Below, piece by piece: positions 14,772-28,849 of a stretch of DNA of 64,000 nucleotides. The stretch lies in the NCBI GenBank assembly GCA_964016885.1, contig OZ024744.1:5890001-5954000 (forward strand), in the 5' to 3' direction. Positions within the stretch are counted from its first letter, which is position 1. The number at the start of each line of letters is the position of its first letter. Source of the DNA: Eledone cirrhosa. Its lineage: Eukaryota. The position numbers were made by a program, and so were the translations under genes. The notes under the pieces are model-generated. The model saw nothing but the letters and a program-made list of their open reading frames with translations. It did no database searches and was not told where the DNA came from.

Positions 14772-15795
14772 TCTATATATATAAAACTGAGGTTGTCTGT
14801 CTGTCTACTAAAACCTTCGGCACACATCTCCTCTTAAACCGTACGTTCAAATTTCGGTGAAATTGCTACACTTATAGATGAAGGTCCGGCGGAACCATCG
14901 GTCAAATAAATTTTCAAATAAGTTCTTGTTTTTGATTATGTCATCTATATATATAAAACTGAGGTGGTCTGTTTGTCTACTAAAACCTTCGGCACACATC
15001 TCCTCTTAAACCGTACGTTCAAATTTCGGTGAAATTGCTACACTTATAGATGAAGGTCCGGCGGAACCATCGGTCAAATAAATTTTCAAATAAGTTCTTG
15101 GTTTTGATTATGTCATCTATATATATAAAACTGAGGTTGTCTGTTTGTCTACTAAAACCTTCGGCACACATCTCCTCTTAAACCGTACGTTCAAATTTCG
15201 GTGAAATTGCTACACTTATAGATGAAGGTCCGGCGGAACCATCGGTCAAATAAATTTTCAAATAAGTTCTTGTTTTTTATTATGTCATCTATATATATAA
15301 AACTGAGGTTGTCTGTTTGTCTACTAAAACCTTCGGCACACATCTCCTCTTAAACCGTACGTTCAAATTTCGGTGAAATTGCTACACTTATAGATGAAGG
15401 TCCGGCGGAACCATCGGTCAAATAAATTTTCAAATAAGTTCTTGTTTTTGATTATCTATATATATAAAACTGAGGTTGTCTGTCTGTCTATTAAAACCTT
15501 CGGCACACATCTCCTCTTAAACCGTACGTTCAAATTTCCGTGAAATTGCTACATTTATAGATGAAGGTCCGGCGGAACCATCGGTCAAATAAATTTTCAA
15601 ATAAGTTCTTGTTTTTGATTATGTCATCTATATATATAAAACTGAGGTTGTCTGTCTGTCTACTAAAACCTTCAGCACACATCTCTTAAACCGTACGTTC
15701 AAATTTCGGTGAAATTGCTACACTTATAGATGAAGGTCCGGCGGAACCATCGGTCAAATAAATTTTCAAATAAGTTCTTGTTTTTGATTATGTCA
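14772..15795 (+). repeat. Tandem array of six ~172-bp units made of a Helitron 5' end
   Basis: Units start TCTATATATATAAAACTGAGG at 14772, 14944, 15116, 15288, 15455 and 15627; near-identical. Confidence 0.95.
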
Positions 15796-16483
15796 TCTAT
15801 ATATATAAAGCTGTGGTTGTCTGTCTGTCTATCGATTTTTGGCACACCTCTCCTCTTAGAATCTCTGATGGAATTGCACCGAAATTGCTATACTTGTACA
15901 TTGAGCCCTAGCGAAGACATCGGAAAAAAATATTTCAAATTGACCCACCCTATGTAACGAAATCGAATCTAATGTATCGATTTTTGAGCGTAAGTGACGA
16001 GTTATTTCCCTTTGTTCTGTTTACATTGAGCGTCTTACGTTCTGTTTACATTTTCTGCGTGCAAAAATTAAAAAAATTACGCTGGCTTTCTCAGCGTTTA
16101 AAATGGCATTAACACAATACACGAACAGTTGTCGAGCCAGCAAAATTTTGACCTGCAAAATTCATCAGTTCGAACACTAAGCTTCCGTTTTGCTTCATTT
16201 CCATTTAAAAGCCTTTTAAAACAATATTTTTACTTGAAAACAAGTCTATTTAAAGACTACGTAAAACAAGCAAATATTTCCTCTTTTGTTATAACATTCG
16301 GGTTATCGTTATGTTTTCTTAACTTCATAAGGCATATTGTTGGTTGAGGGAATATTAATCAAAAACACCACATGCAAGTCTGCACAGTAGACACTACAGT
16401 TTTTAAGCCAAAAAAGAAACTTAACATTGTAACTTTAACACAGCTACTGAGCGACCCCGAGCAACGCCGGGCTTTACTGCTAG
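15796..16483 (+). mobile_element. Non-autonomous Helitron
   Basis: A|TC 5' end; subterminal hairpin CCCG-agcaacg-CCGGG; 3' CTAG|T at 16480-16484; no TSD. Confidence 0.8.
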
Positions 16484-16858
16484 TATTATATATTTTTAGA
16501 ACAAATTATTCCTCACACCAAAGAAATAAATAACTTTTTAAGATTGTTCTATTCCATTCTACTTGATGTAACACACTAATCTCAGCATCCCTTTTCCTCC
16601 AACCTTAATCTTCTTTGACCATCAATACTTTTATATACAATATGTCCGAATTCATTTACACTAACAACTCTCATTTCTTTTCTTAAAAGACATTTGATAC
16701 CTTATCCACTGATAGCCTATTTCTTCATCTACTGCCACCAACTTTAAGGATCTATACTGCCCCTTTCCATTCTTAACATTGGTCAATTTCAACCTGGTTA
16801 TAAAACCTTACTTATTCATATGTATGTTTTTTTTTGTATTCTTCAATAAACAAAAACT

Positions 16859-16984
16859 CATTATTTCTGAAGACGTATGTATTTTTTTCTCATTACGATA
16901 TTTTGTAATATGTTTTACATAGATCAATAATTGAATGAACATACAGAGAACTACCCCCTCCCCAGAAACGATCGTAAAATAATG
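16859..16984 (+). ncRNA. Type I HHR with long stem II, in a solo pLTR (~16810-17185); part of stem II deleted
   Basis: cattattt-CTGAAGA...GAAAC-GATC-GTA-aaataatg; homolog of 37065-37199. Confidence 0.7.
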
Positions 16985-17206
16985 TGTTTTACTATGAATT
17001 AACAGTTTTGTGTTTAATTTCATTGTTTTAATATTTCTATTTTGACTCTGTATCCAATTGAATTATATCGTTGAAAATTTTGTATTTTAAACTTTGCTTC
17101 ACGACATCTACATACGGATTACATTGAGTTCTTCATACGGTTTAGACTCTACCATTGATTGGTAGATTTATCTGTGTATCTGTATATATATATATATATA
17201 TATATA

Positions 17207-17400
17207 TAACGAAGGAAATGTGGTAAGGAACCAGGTGGACCATAACGCACCAAAGTACTCAATACTTAGGGTAGTAGAGTGGGGAATAGGAACAAGTAAG
17301 ACCCCGACGGCTGAGTTCAAGCCGTTTCGACGGCTAATTCTGTACTAATTACGAATTAGCCGTCGAAACGGCTTGAGCTCAGCCGTCGGGGTCTTACTTG

Positions 17401-17403
<3 letters not shown>
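17207..17403. repeat. pLTR tip with a 51-bp-arm palindrome (17290-17403) built from the 3' half of an HHR
   Basis: Arms 17290-17340 / 17353-17403; GAAACGGCT-tgagctc-AGCCGTC-GGGG; same tip at 25875-26015 and 40258-40305. Confidence 0.8.
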
Positions 17404-17470
<67 letters not shown>

Positions 17471-17489
17471 TATGTATATATATATATAT

Positions 17490-18188
17490 ATTAGAAAGTG
17501 AGGTTTTTTTTACAAAATGAAAAATAACCGAGGTGTCCTACACGAGTGGAAGTATAAAGAAAAAAAGATGAAATCGAAAATGCAACTGAAATCTTATTTT
17601 TTTTTTAAATATATATATTTATTTGGTTCCTTTACCGGTTTCGCAGTTCTTCTGCTTTTCAAAAGGTGAGTTGAGATGGAGGGTCTGTGGTTTTTCTCAC
17701 ATCTGGTTGGTCTCTAAATGTTACTTGTTTTATATGGAAAAAGTGGCTCGAAAGCCAGGTTTTTCGAGAAGTAATTTGATTGGTTTGTCAATAATTATAA
17801 TAAATTTCGCGCCAGTTTGCGTTACAATAGTTCTTCAAATAAGAGATTGGGGGGGGGGGGGGTTGTCACAGGTTGTTTTTTCATATATGAGTGTTTGAAT
17901 TTCTTTTTACTTGAAAAAATGAGGCTCACGAAGGCTTTTTTGGGGTTGGTTATAAATGAAATTTGGCTGTCACGTGAACAAGTTTTCATTACATTTTTGC
18001 GCCCTTATTTGGAAAACTATTCTGTAGTCTTTATAGTGAATGTTATGACAATGGAGAGATAGTGGTCAAGGGAAAAGGGATTGGGAGAAATGTTCTGGTT
18101 CAGTGAATATGGCAGCTGTCAGAGTTCAGGTGTCAGAGTTCAGATTTTCTATTGAGACTGAAGATATGTGTTTATTTGTGTGCTTGTA

Positions 18189-18219
<31 letters not shown>

Positions 18220-20620
18220 ATGTGTGTATTGGAAGATGATTTTATTAGTAGAGATGGGGGAGGGAGTTGTGTGTGTGTGCGAGTATGTTAAGATGGAGAG
18301 AATATATATTTTGTGTGTGTGTATATATATATGTGTGTAGGAAAGTGGTTCTATTAGTAGAAATGGGGAGGGAGTTGTAGGTGTGGGGGTTGTTATGTGT
18401 GTGTATGGGTGTTATGTGTGTGGGAGTATGGTTAGCATGTTAAGATGAAGAGAATATATATATATATATATATATATTTATTGTGTGTGTGTGTATGTGT
18501 GTGTGTAGGAAAGTGATTCCTTTAGTAGGAATATTTTTGAATGAACATATTTTTCTGACTTTTTCGTGTTTGTTGTTGTATTGCCAGTGCAAACGTATGT
18601 TAAGGTTTATTTAGTTCGGGTTTTTATTTTCTAAAGTAGAAGGTGTTATGTGTGTGTGTGTATGTCATATTGTGGTGTTGACATAATGTATATTAAACCT
18701 TATTTAATGTTGGTCTATATTTTTGAATAAACATATTTTCCTTATTTATTCGCATTTGTTCTGTTGTATTGTTAGCGCAAAGGTAAAATGGGAAGACTTG
18801 GAATTTGGGTGTCTTATTACCTGCGCAAATGTCTAGATGTGCACTTAGTGGTATCTGTCTCGTGGTTGGATCTCGTAATTGTTGGCGATGAACTGTCATT
18901 CTGTTTCTGAGTGTGAGTTTAGTTTGTCCTATATAATCTTCATTGCATCCTTTACATTTAATGGCATAAATTTGATTTTTTGATGAGCAAGTGAAGTGAT
19001 TTTTTAAAGTAAAATTTTGTCCTGATTTAAATGTATACGTGTTGCCTTCAATGAGGTGAGTGCAGGTTCCACAATTAGAGCGACCACATTTTTTGATACT
19101 TGGTTGTGGGTTTGTGGTAGGTAATTTGGCATTGGTGAGTAATGTTTTCAGTGATTTTGGTTGTCTTTTGTTTTTGATTATTTTGTGTGTTTCAAGGGCT
19201 TTTTTTCATTCTTGGGTTTTGTTTTAGTAGTGGGATGTTATTGTGAATAGTGTTGTAAGCTTCCGCATTTCTTGGGTTGTGTGTTGAGATATATGATAGA
19301 ATATTGGACGTACCTTGAATTTGTTTCTGTTTCCGTAATTCATCAATGCCTATTGCTTTAGCCCTTTCTATTCCATTATTTATTAGTAATAGTGGGTACT
19401 CTCTCTCAAGTAGAATTTCCTTTAATTCTTGAAGTCTTTTATTTCGCGTTTCATAATTGGAGACAATTGTGCAAATTCTTCTTGCTAGGTTAAAAAGGAT
19501 GTTCGTCTTCGTATGCTTTGGATGGTTGGAGGTGAATAGCAGATATTGTTTGGAATCTGTTGGTTTGTAGTGTATGTCAGTTTCGATATTTGTGTCTTTT
19601 TTTGTGATTAAGATGTCCAGAAATGGGAGTTGATCTTGGCTGTATTCCATTGTGAATTGGATGTGGTTATTGATGCCGTTTATTAAGTTTTTGAAATCCT
19701 TCAGGTGGTCGAGTGTGTGGGACCAAAGAATGAGGCAATCATCCAAGTAGCGTTTCCAATTCTCTGATAAATATTTGTGGAAGTTCAATCCGTATTTTGA
19801 TTTGGACTGTTCATATATCTGGACTTCTAAGTATGCCATGACTAAGTTGGCATAAGTTGGAGCGGCTTTTGTGCCCATCGCAGTCCCCGATATTTGCTTG
19901 TAAGTATTACCATCGAAATCAAAAAAGTTGTTCTGTAGGATGAATTTTAATCCCTCGGTGATGAAGCTTTTTTCTATTATGTCAGGTATCTCATTGGGAT
20001 ATTTCTCTAGCCAGAATCCTATTGCTTCTAGTCCGTATTGGTGTGGGATCGTTGTGTAGAGATTCACTACATCGAAAGACACGATAATAGTGTCGTTGTT
20101 GACATGTTTGGGGAGGTGGTTTAAGAGGTCCAGATCGTCTCTTACAAGGCTTGGTATGTGTTTCAGTATTGGTTTCAGTAGTATGTCTATAAAGTTGCTC
20201 AATCTGTGTGTTTCACATTGTGGGCCCGCTACAATTGGTCTTAATTTAAGGTCTGTGGGGTATTGTGTGTTCACGCAGGCTGAGGTGGATTGTTTACAGG
20301 CATCGTTGATTATTTTACATTTATGGATCTTCGGAAGTCCGTAAAGGTTGCTGGTTTTGTATTCAAAATTTGTTAAATAATCGCGTTCCTTTTTAGTTGG
20401 GTCTTCCTGGTATCGATAAATCGGTGTGTTTAATTTGGTCATTATTTTTGATTGCTGGTAGTTTTTTACTCTTTTATAGTAATTAGTATTTTGTAAGAGA
20501 GAGAACATAGAATTTTTATATTTTTCAGCCTCCATAATGACAACAGTACTTCCCTTGTCCGCTTCCTTAATTACAATGTCCGTATTGTTTTTTAGTTCAT
20601 GGATAATCTCCCATTCCCTT
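17490..20620 (-). mobile_element. 5'-truncated Neptune-like PLE (RT-GIY-YIG ~18693-20620, pLTR ~17490-18100)
   Basis: ORF 19192-20685: ADKG, YGLPKIHK, FDVVNLY, GTAMG, RYLDD; GIY-YIG C-terminus in 18693-19100. Confidence 0.92.
17629..17666 (-). ncRNA. Type I hammerhead ribozyme, U3-A8 core variant
   Basis: CCTT-TTGAAAA-GCAG aagaa CTGC-GAAAC CG GTA-AAGG. Confidence 0.8.
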
Positions 20621-20815
20621 TCGAGCCACTTTTTCCATATAAAACAAGTAACATTTAGAGACCAACCAGATGTGAGAAAAACCACAGACCCTCCATCTCA
20701 ACTCACCTTTTGAAAAGCAGAAGAACTGCGAAACCGGTAAAGGCACCAAATAAATATATATATATTTTAAAAAAATAAGACTTCAGTTGCATTTTCGATT
20801 TCATCTCTTTTTCTA
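20620..20815 (+). repeat. Inverted pLTR copy of the Neptune-like element, with an intact U3-A8 HHR at 20706-20743
   Basis: Reverse complement of ~17555-17745. Confidence 0.88.
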
Positions 20816-20827
20816 TATATATATATA

Positions 20828-21017
20828 TAGGTAAGTTATTCCGGGTTGAATCGGAGGTAACCATAGTATGTAAGGTACTCAATACATAGTAGAGTATAAA
20901 AGTTTTAATATAGATGAGATTCTACAGGACTAGAACTGTTTCATTCTTTAGAAATCATGATGATTTCTAAAGAATGAAACAGTTCTAGTCCTGTAGAATC
21001 TCATCTATATTAAAACT
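20828..21017. repeat. pLTR tip with a perfect 58-bp-arm palindrome (20901-21017) centred on an HHR core
   Basis: ...gaaatcat-g-atgatttc...; family also at 25450-25800(+) and 32053-32620(-). Confidence 0.9.
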
Positions 21018-21559
21018 ATATATATGTGAAAAAATGGGGAGAAGAATACTGCAGGTTGCACATGGATAACATGTAATAAAATGAGTCCCTCATCAGTGAT
21101 TTGCCGACGATCATAGATATTTCATTGCATTAAAAATCATATACCTCACGTCGGTGCAATAATAACTAAATTAAGTTATTAGGACAATTAAAACGCGTAA
21201 AGCGAGTGAGACAAGATAACAACAAAGAGGAGAGCTAACCGTAGAAGGAAGGGAACAAGCTACATAGTAAAAACAAACACTACAGTTCGCCTCGCCTCAG
21301 AAAGTATTTCTATAGACTTTTGACTGAGGAATGCTCTCACAACTGACCAATGGGAGGAGTGGATCTTACAAATAGTTCTAACTTTGAGATTGGTTATAAC
21401 ACACACACATTTTATTTGATTATCTTATTTTATTCTTTTATCATCTTATTCCTTCTACCATTTTATCATTTTTTTTTGTTTAATTATTTGCTTATATTAT
21501 CTTATTTTCATTTTCTATTTTCTTCATTTTATTGCCTTTTATTTCTTCATATGCTTGCC

Positions 21560-22507
21560 CCCACACCCCACCACCGTTTATTTATACTTCTCTTGGGTCA
21601 GTATTGTTTGTTTGGGTGTTGTTGTTATTCCATTCATTTTTTTCTGTTTAGCCTTAGCCTTCTAAGTTCTATTTCACTGGCCTCTCTGATTTGCCTATCT
21701 GCTGGGTCATTTCTATGTTTAGATATTATTCTAATTTCTATGTTGTCTATGTTACCGTCGTGTTGTTGTCTGGCATGTTCGTATAGTACTGAACCGTTTT
21801 TTCGTCCTTTTAGTTTCCCCCAGTGTTGGTCTATCCTTTCACCTATGCTACGAGCTGTCTCATCTATGTATCTTGTTGTCATGTTTCTGCAAGTACCCTC
21901 TGTACATCTTATGCTATAGACTACATTTCTAGTCTTACAGTTTATCCGGCGGTTTACTTTACATGTGATACATTTCCTATTAGTACAGTGGGTTTTCTTA
22001 AAGGTAGGTTTTGCTGATCAGGGATTTTATGGTGGTTCTTGTCTTTTCTACCACCTTAATCTTTAAGTGGGTCTTTCTCATGGCCTTTCTACACTGGTTA
22101 GCTAATTTCCCTCCAGGGGTAGCGTCCACAAACATAACACTCTGGTATCTCTTGTTGTCGTACCATGAGATGGCTTTCCCTACCTTATGTCTAGTCCTAT
22201 CTAAGCTATTCCATGATTTGCTCCTGTATAATGGGCAAATTCCTTTCATGTCCAGTTCTATGAGGGTCTTATACTTCTCCGTGGCTCCTTCGTATACTCT
22301 GAATCTGTTTCTTTGGCTGTAGCCAGAGAACTGCATGCGGTTGATGAAGTGTTGGATGTGCCTTTCCATTTCTGTTGGGTCGCACATGCGGGACACATTC
22401 TTCATCACTCGTACCAAGTCTGCGATCAGAATATTAAACTTAGCACTACTGGACATTGCTGAGTTTCTGAGTATCAGGTATTTGGAGGCCATGGGTTTAG
22501 CGTAGTG
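21560..22507 (-). pseudogene. Inverted 3' part of the Nematis-like PLE (thumb + GIY-YIG)
   Basis: Reverse complement of ~23890-24790; ORFs 21998-22492 and 21634-21882. Confidence 0.88.
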
Positions 22508-25324
22508 TCAACAAATAGATGACGAGACAGAGGCACAGTTCACCATAGTTAAAAATAGGATTAGACAAATAGTAGACCGATATACTAAGAGACAAAGCAG
22601 ACCAGAGGTCCAACAACTTGGGAGGAAACCTGTAGACGGCTTGGTTAGCCTCAAGCAGCGCACAAGGGATGGTGAGGTAGTATGTCTACCCACGGATAAG
22701 TCTGGTAGGATGTCAATAGACAGCATGCCAAACTACATCAAGGCTATGTAACCCCAAATCACCGACACGAGCGAAATTGCATAACAAATACATGAGGGGA
22801 GAGAGAACATCCTCAACGCTCACCTGATGATGTGGACCGACATCCTAAAACCAAGTATACGCACTGCCAACAACTTACAGGCGTCTAACAATGGCATACT
22901 ATGGGCTCCGCAAAGACCATAAGACAGTCGACGACCCGACAACAGGACCACCAACAAGACCCGTATGCGGAGCCAATATAGCTAGCAACTACAGGATCTC
23001 CTACTTCCTCTCAATGGTTATACGCCCCATAATCAAGATGTCCCCAGATGTATGTGACAGTACAGAGGACCTCCTCAGCAGAATCAGTGAGTGCAACAAA
23101 AACAAAAACCTAACCAACTGCATAATAGGCAGCATGGATGTGGTGTCACTGTACCCATCCATTAACATTGATTTTTCTGTGGAAATATGTGTGGAGATGA
23201 TCATTGAGAGTGAGGTGGAGTTCTGCGACGTCGACACAGACGAACTGGGCCTCCTACTTAGACTTACCTACGACACTGACTACCTAGACAGCCATGACCT
23301 TAGACGTTTCTGCCCCAGTAGACCTATAAGAGGTAGACCCCCCCACCAAAACCTCAATGGCAAAAAAGACTCCCATAGGAAGGTGGATTGGGTGTACCAA
23401 AGCTATACAGACCCCCCCCCCCCCAAAAAAAAAACAATGATCAGGTAAGAAAAAGGGTCGCACATGCAATAGGGCCTAGTATCAAAACTACTCTAAAGGG
23501 CCACATATTCAAATTCAACGAGAAGATCTACACCCCAAATGAGGGAGCAGCAATTGGCGTCAGCATAGCTGGTGACGTTGCCAACCTTTTTATGGTATGG
23601 TGGGAAAGGAGACTCAAAGATCTCCTTGATGAGAGCTCCATAGACCTCATCATGTACTCTCGTTATGTAGACGATATCAATATAGTTATAAGAACATCCC
23701 CACAAGAGAGCACTAATAAGTTTGATTTAGAACGTAGCACAATAGAAAGCATCCAGCAGATAGCTAATTCCATACACCAGAGTATAACTGTAACTATCGA
23801 CTACCCTTCCAAACACCCTAACAATAGACTATCTGTATTACACACGGAACTCTGGACTAACACTATAGACGAGAGAGCCCAAATCTCCACTCACACTACG
23901 CTAAACCCATGGCCTCCAAATACCTGATACTCAAAAACTCAGCAATGTCCAGTAGTGCTAAGTTTAATATTCTGATCGCAGACTTGATACGAATGATGAA
24001 CGTGTCCCGCATGTGCGACCCAAAAGAAATGGAAAGACACATCCAACACTTCATCAACCGCATGCAGTTCTCTGGCTACAACCAAAGAGACAGAATCAGA
24101 GTATACGAAGGAGCCACGGAGAAGTATATGACCCTCATAGAACTGGACATGAAAGGAATTTGCCCATTATACAGGAGCAAATCATGGAATAGCTTAGATA
24201 GGACTAGACATAAGATAGGGAAAGCTATCTCATGGTACGACACCCAGAGATACCAGAGTGTCATGTTTGTGGACGCTACCCCTGGAGGGAAATTAGCTAA
24301 CCAGTGTAGAAAGGCCCTGAGAAAGACCCACTTAAAGATTAAGGTGGTAGAAAAGCCAGGAACCACTATAACATCCCTGATCAGCAAAACCTACCCTTTT
24401 AAGAAAACCCACTGTACCAATAGGAAATGTATCATATGTAAAGTAAACCCCCGGATAAACTGTAAAACTAGAAACGTAGTCTATAGCATAAGATGTACAG
24501 AGGGTACTTGCAGAAACATGACAACAACATACATAGGCGAGACAGCTCGTAGCAGAGGTGAAAGGATAGACCAACACTGGGGGGGGGGGACTAAAAGGAC
24601 GAAAAAACGGTTCAGTATAATACGAAAATGCCAGACAACAACATGACTGTAACATAGACAACATAGAAATTAGAATAATATCTAAACATAGAAATGACCC
24701 AACAGGTAGGCAAATCAGAGAGGCAAGCGAAATAGAACTTAGAAGGCCAAAGCTAAACAGAAAAAATGAATGGAATAACAACAACACCCAAACAAACAAT
24801 ACTGACCTAAGAGAAGTATAAATAAAAAAAAAAAAAAAATACATACACAAGCACAATAACAAACACATATAAACACACACTAGTAAACTAAGATAGAATA
24901 CAATAACCAATACACGGTCGCCCAAACACAATACACACACGCAAACGCATGCGCAGAGAAGAAGGCAAAAATAAATATATAAACAGACTAAATAAAGATG
25001 GCGTAGATATACAATACAACGGGAGGAAACATAATAGCACCACTGACGATGTTGCAGATGTGCAACAAAAGAAGTTTGTTAGACTATATATATGTGTTTG
25101 TGTCTATATTATATCTGTATTTTTTACCGTTGGTCAGTCAATGGCAACATTGAGGACCGAATAAATTAAATTAACCGATATAAAAGACACAGAAGCGAAA
25201 ACCAACCAAACAATGAGTGTGTTCTGTTATTAATTCTGGCAATATTATTACACAAATATGACCCTCCCCAAGTATAACAATATTTGTTTCGACACACAAT
25301 TTCATATCAAACACTTCGCAAAAC

Positions 25325-25325
<1 letters not shown>
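22508..25325 (+). mobile_element. Decayed PLE of a third lineage (Nematis-like; clade assignment tentative)
   Basis: PTDKSG, RPVCGA, GSMDVVSLYPSI, GAAIG, RYVDDI, KPMASK, FVDATPGG, CxxxxCxxC, VVY..YIGETAR; pLTR with a decayed HHR at 25038-25085; homologous pLTR at 62140-62610. Confidence 0.85.
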
Positions 25326-25383
<58 letters not shown>

Positions 25384-25449
25384 GTATATATGTATATATG
25401 TGTTTTTCTCTGTGTGTGTGAATGTGCTTGCAGACACCTGAAATATAGT

Positions 25450-25798
25450 TTAAGAGAAACTTGACAATAAGTAGAGGCATCCCAAATTTGAACTTGCTTA
25501 TAAAATTCCTTCTGCCTTTGTCACTCTAAGTAATGCTTTAAAGAATTAGCTTTTAAAAAATTCCCGTTTCTTTAAACCTATCAACCATAACCTCTAACCA
25601 TCCCACTCCCCACTCTCTCCTACCACCAGAAAAGATATAAATACCACCACTTTAATTTTGACACTTAGCTTCCTGATAATTTCTCACGAATGAAACAGTT
25701 CTAGTCCTGTAGAATCTTTTCTATATTAAAACATTTATACTCTGCTATGTATTGAGTACGTTACTTACTGTGGTTACCTCCGATTCAAGCCGGAATAA

Positions 25799-25800
<2 letters not shown>
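25450..25800 (+). mobile_element. Solo pLTR fragment with HHR at 25670-25716 (core mutated to CTGATAA)
   Basis: Homologous to 32053-32440(-). Confidence 0.75.
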
Positions 25801-25877
<77 letters not shown>

Positions 25878-26013
25878 TCCAGAATTAGCCGTCGAAACGG
25901 CTTGAGCTCAGCTGTCGGGGTCTTACTGGTTCCTATTACCCACTCTACTACCTCAAGTATTGAGTACTTTGGTGCGTTATGGTCCACCTGGTTCCTTACC
26001 ACATTTCCTTCGT

Positions 26014-26050
<37 letters not shown>

Positions 26051-26082
26051 GCATATATGATTTTGTGCGTATATTTGCATCG

Positions 26083-26600
<518 letters not shown>

Positions 26601-27024
26601 TGCCACTTTCTATTGAAATAAATAAATGTATTGCAATAGAAAGTATGAATGTTGATACCTCAGCACATCAGCCATACTCACTGAACTAGAACTATCCCCC
26701 CCCCCACTCCCATTTCTTGAGCATTATCTTTTGTTTGGCAAAAAATTCCCTATGTCAAATAATGTGACTGTGATAATTACCTATGCTAAAGATTATCAAT
26801 TCAACAATCTTATTTAAGTAGTTGATATATATATATATATTATACGCTGTTAAGTTTTATAATTTTTATTATTTTCATAATTTTAAAATATATCTGCATG
26901 TCCTCTCTTACTGTATATATGTTCATGTGTTTTTTATCGTGAGTGTGTGTCTATATATTGTTTCATATGTATATATATGTTTGTTTTTATGTATCTATGT
27001 GTATGTACGTGAGCGTACGTGTAC

Positions 27025-27067
<43 letters not shown>

Positions 27068-27070
<3 letters not shown>

Positions 27071-27305
27071 GGGCGGGTAAAATTCCCGAGATCCATGGAC
27101 GAGTTCTCTCCAGCGGTCTCTTCCCTCATTATCGCTGCCATGTCCTGCGTCTCCAACAGACCAGTGTCTGTCCTTAGGGCATTGACATACGTTAACCTTG
27201 GTCTTCCTCTTCCAGTGTGTCCATGCAGGGGCTCCCACAAGAGCACTGTGTGCAATGTCAACTCTGGATGACGGGGAGCATGTCCAGATAACCTCAGTCT
27301 CCTCT
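27068..27305 (-). mobile_element. RTE-clade LINE 3' fragment
   Basis: LLWEPLHGHTGRGRPRLTYVNALRTDTGL; same family as 44555-44848 and 59216-59555. Confidence 0.8.
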
Positions 27306-27520
27306 TATATATATATAAAATCTTTTCCTGAGTTCAACCATTTTCGTTGCTGTGGTAATGCGGCTGGACTGCCGATCGCTATATTTGATTTGCTAAGCTG
27401 TCTAAACGTATTGTTATTAGTCTGGGGTACTATGCCCATTCGAGTGCTAAAGCAACATACCGAATTTGCATTCGTTAGCTTGGCCGCGAACTAAAGCCTC
27501 GTTAATGCTGTACTAAAATT

Positions 27521-27599
<79 letters not shown>

Positions 27600-27607
<8 letters not shown>

Positions 27608-28160
27608 CAGGAAAGAAGGTTGACATGGTTTGCTATACAAAAAAGGTTTTTAATCTCATAGCTGACAATTGTTTCTCTGAACTGGTAGGTCTAGAGATTG
27701 CTATCCGCTTATTTTCACGTTACTCGATCGCCAATACAAAATTATAACCAGTCAGTTCTTCGGAGCATGCGAGAATGAAGAGAATACACAGGCAAGAAAA
27801 GAATATACAGGCTACTATATGAAGTAGTAATGGCATTCAGTTAGAACAATAACAACAATTACAACAATCGAAAGATTTATCGCCAAGCTTTCCAAAATAA
27901 TTACAAGTCATAAGTAAATACACCACATTTCAAATCTATATCTACATTCAAAAGTTGAGTTCAATCCACGTCTGCAGCAACTGAATAAATTGGTCCGTAA
28001 ACCAAGGGAACCCCTAGATCTTAGTATAAAGAACATCTCCTCCGCGCAGAGGCCACATGCCTCAACTTTTGAATGTAGATATAGATTTGAAATGTGGTGT
28101 ATTTACTTAGGACTTTTGATTATTTTGGAAAGCTTGGCGATAAATCTTTCGATTCCTTCA
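27600..28160 (-). mobile_element. Naiad-like 3' end with HHR (27658-27768) and a short 5' inversion
   Basis: Minus strand CGLCAEEMFFILRS..LRTNLFSCC; GCT-CCGAAGA...GAAACAATTGTC-AGC; 27868-27960 is inverted at 28061-28155. Confidence 0.7.
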
Positions 28161-28849
28161 ATTCTTTGAACCTTCTTCATGAGTATATAGTTGATGATGT
28201 GATTGAACTACCTTGGGGTGGTGATGCTCCCGGTCTGTTGAATAAAATTTTTGAGCTAGATGGACTTCTATGGTAAATGTGAGAGCATCTGTGGAGCAAC
28301 CGGGTATCCTAAAGTTTTTTTGAAAGTTTTCTGCTAAGTAAGTTTGGTGAGTGGTTTTGGTTTTGTTTGCTTTTGGTTCTGATTGCTTCTGGTGAGCTTG
28401 GCGGTGTTTTGTCGGGTAGATTGGAAGGATTGATTGATATGCGGGACACGCTGTGTTTTATTGCGGCCCTGGATATTCTGGGGAGTGAAATATTCTTGGC
28501 GTTTTTAATATTTTAATATATTGATGTCTGTTCTATTCTATGCTTGAACGATGGTCATGTAGGAGAGGGCAAGAATATTATTATTATTAATAATGTATAT
28601 TTTATGTATATATATATATATATGTATGTACATATATGTATGGTGGAGTCTTTTTAACGCAATGAAGATTTTCATGTGAAGTGAAAATTTACAGAGCTGA
28701 TCACGTAAACTCACATGTGTCTATAATGTCAATTTGAGATAACCTTCTCTTTTTCTTTCTCTTTTTTCTTTTTCTCCATATTTTTTTTTTTTTTTTTTTT
28801 TTTCATGAAAATACATATATACTTATGTATTTCAGTATTTTTTTGAAGT

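Noticed and set aside
14772-15795. CRISPR-like regular array
   Set aside because: Units are wholly repeated with no unique spacers; eukaryotic context; no cas genes
21040-21100. CTGATGAG on the minus strand (and CTGATGA at 46054)
   Set aside because: No matching GAAA/stem III found; at most half-motifs
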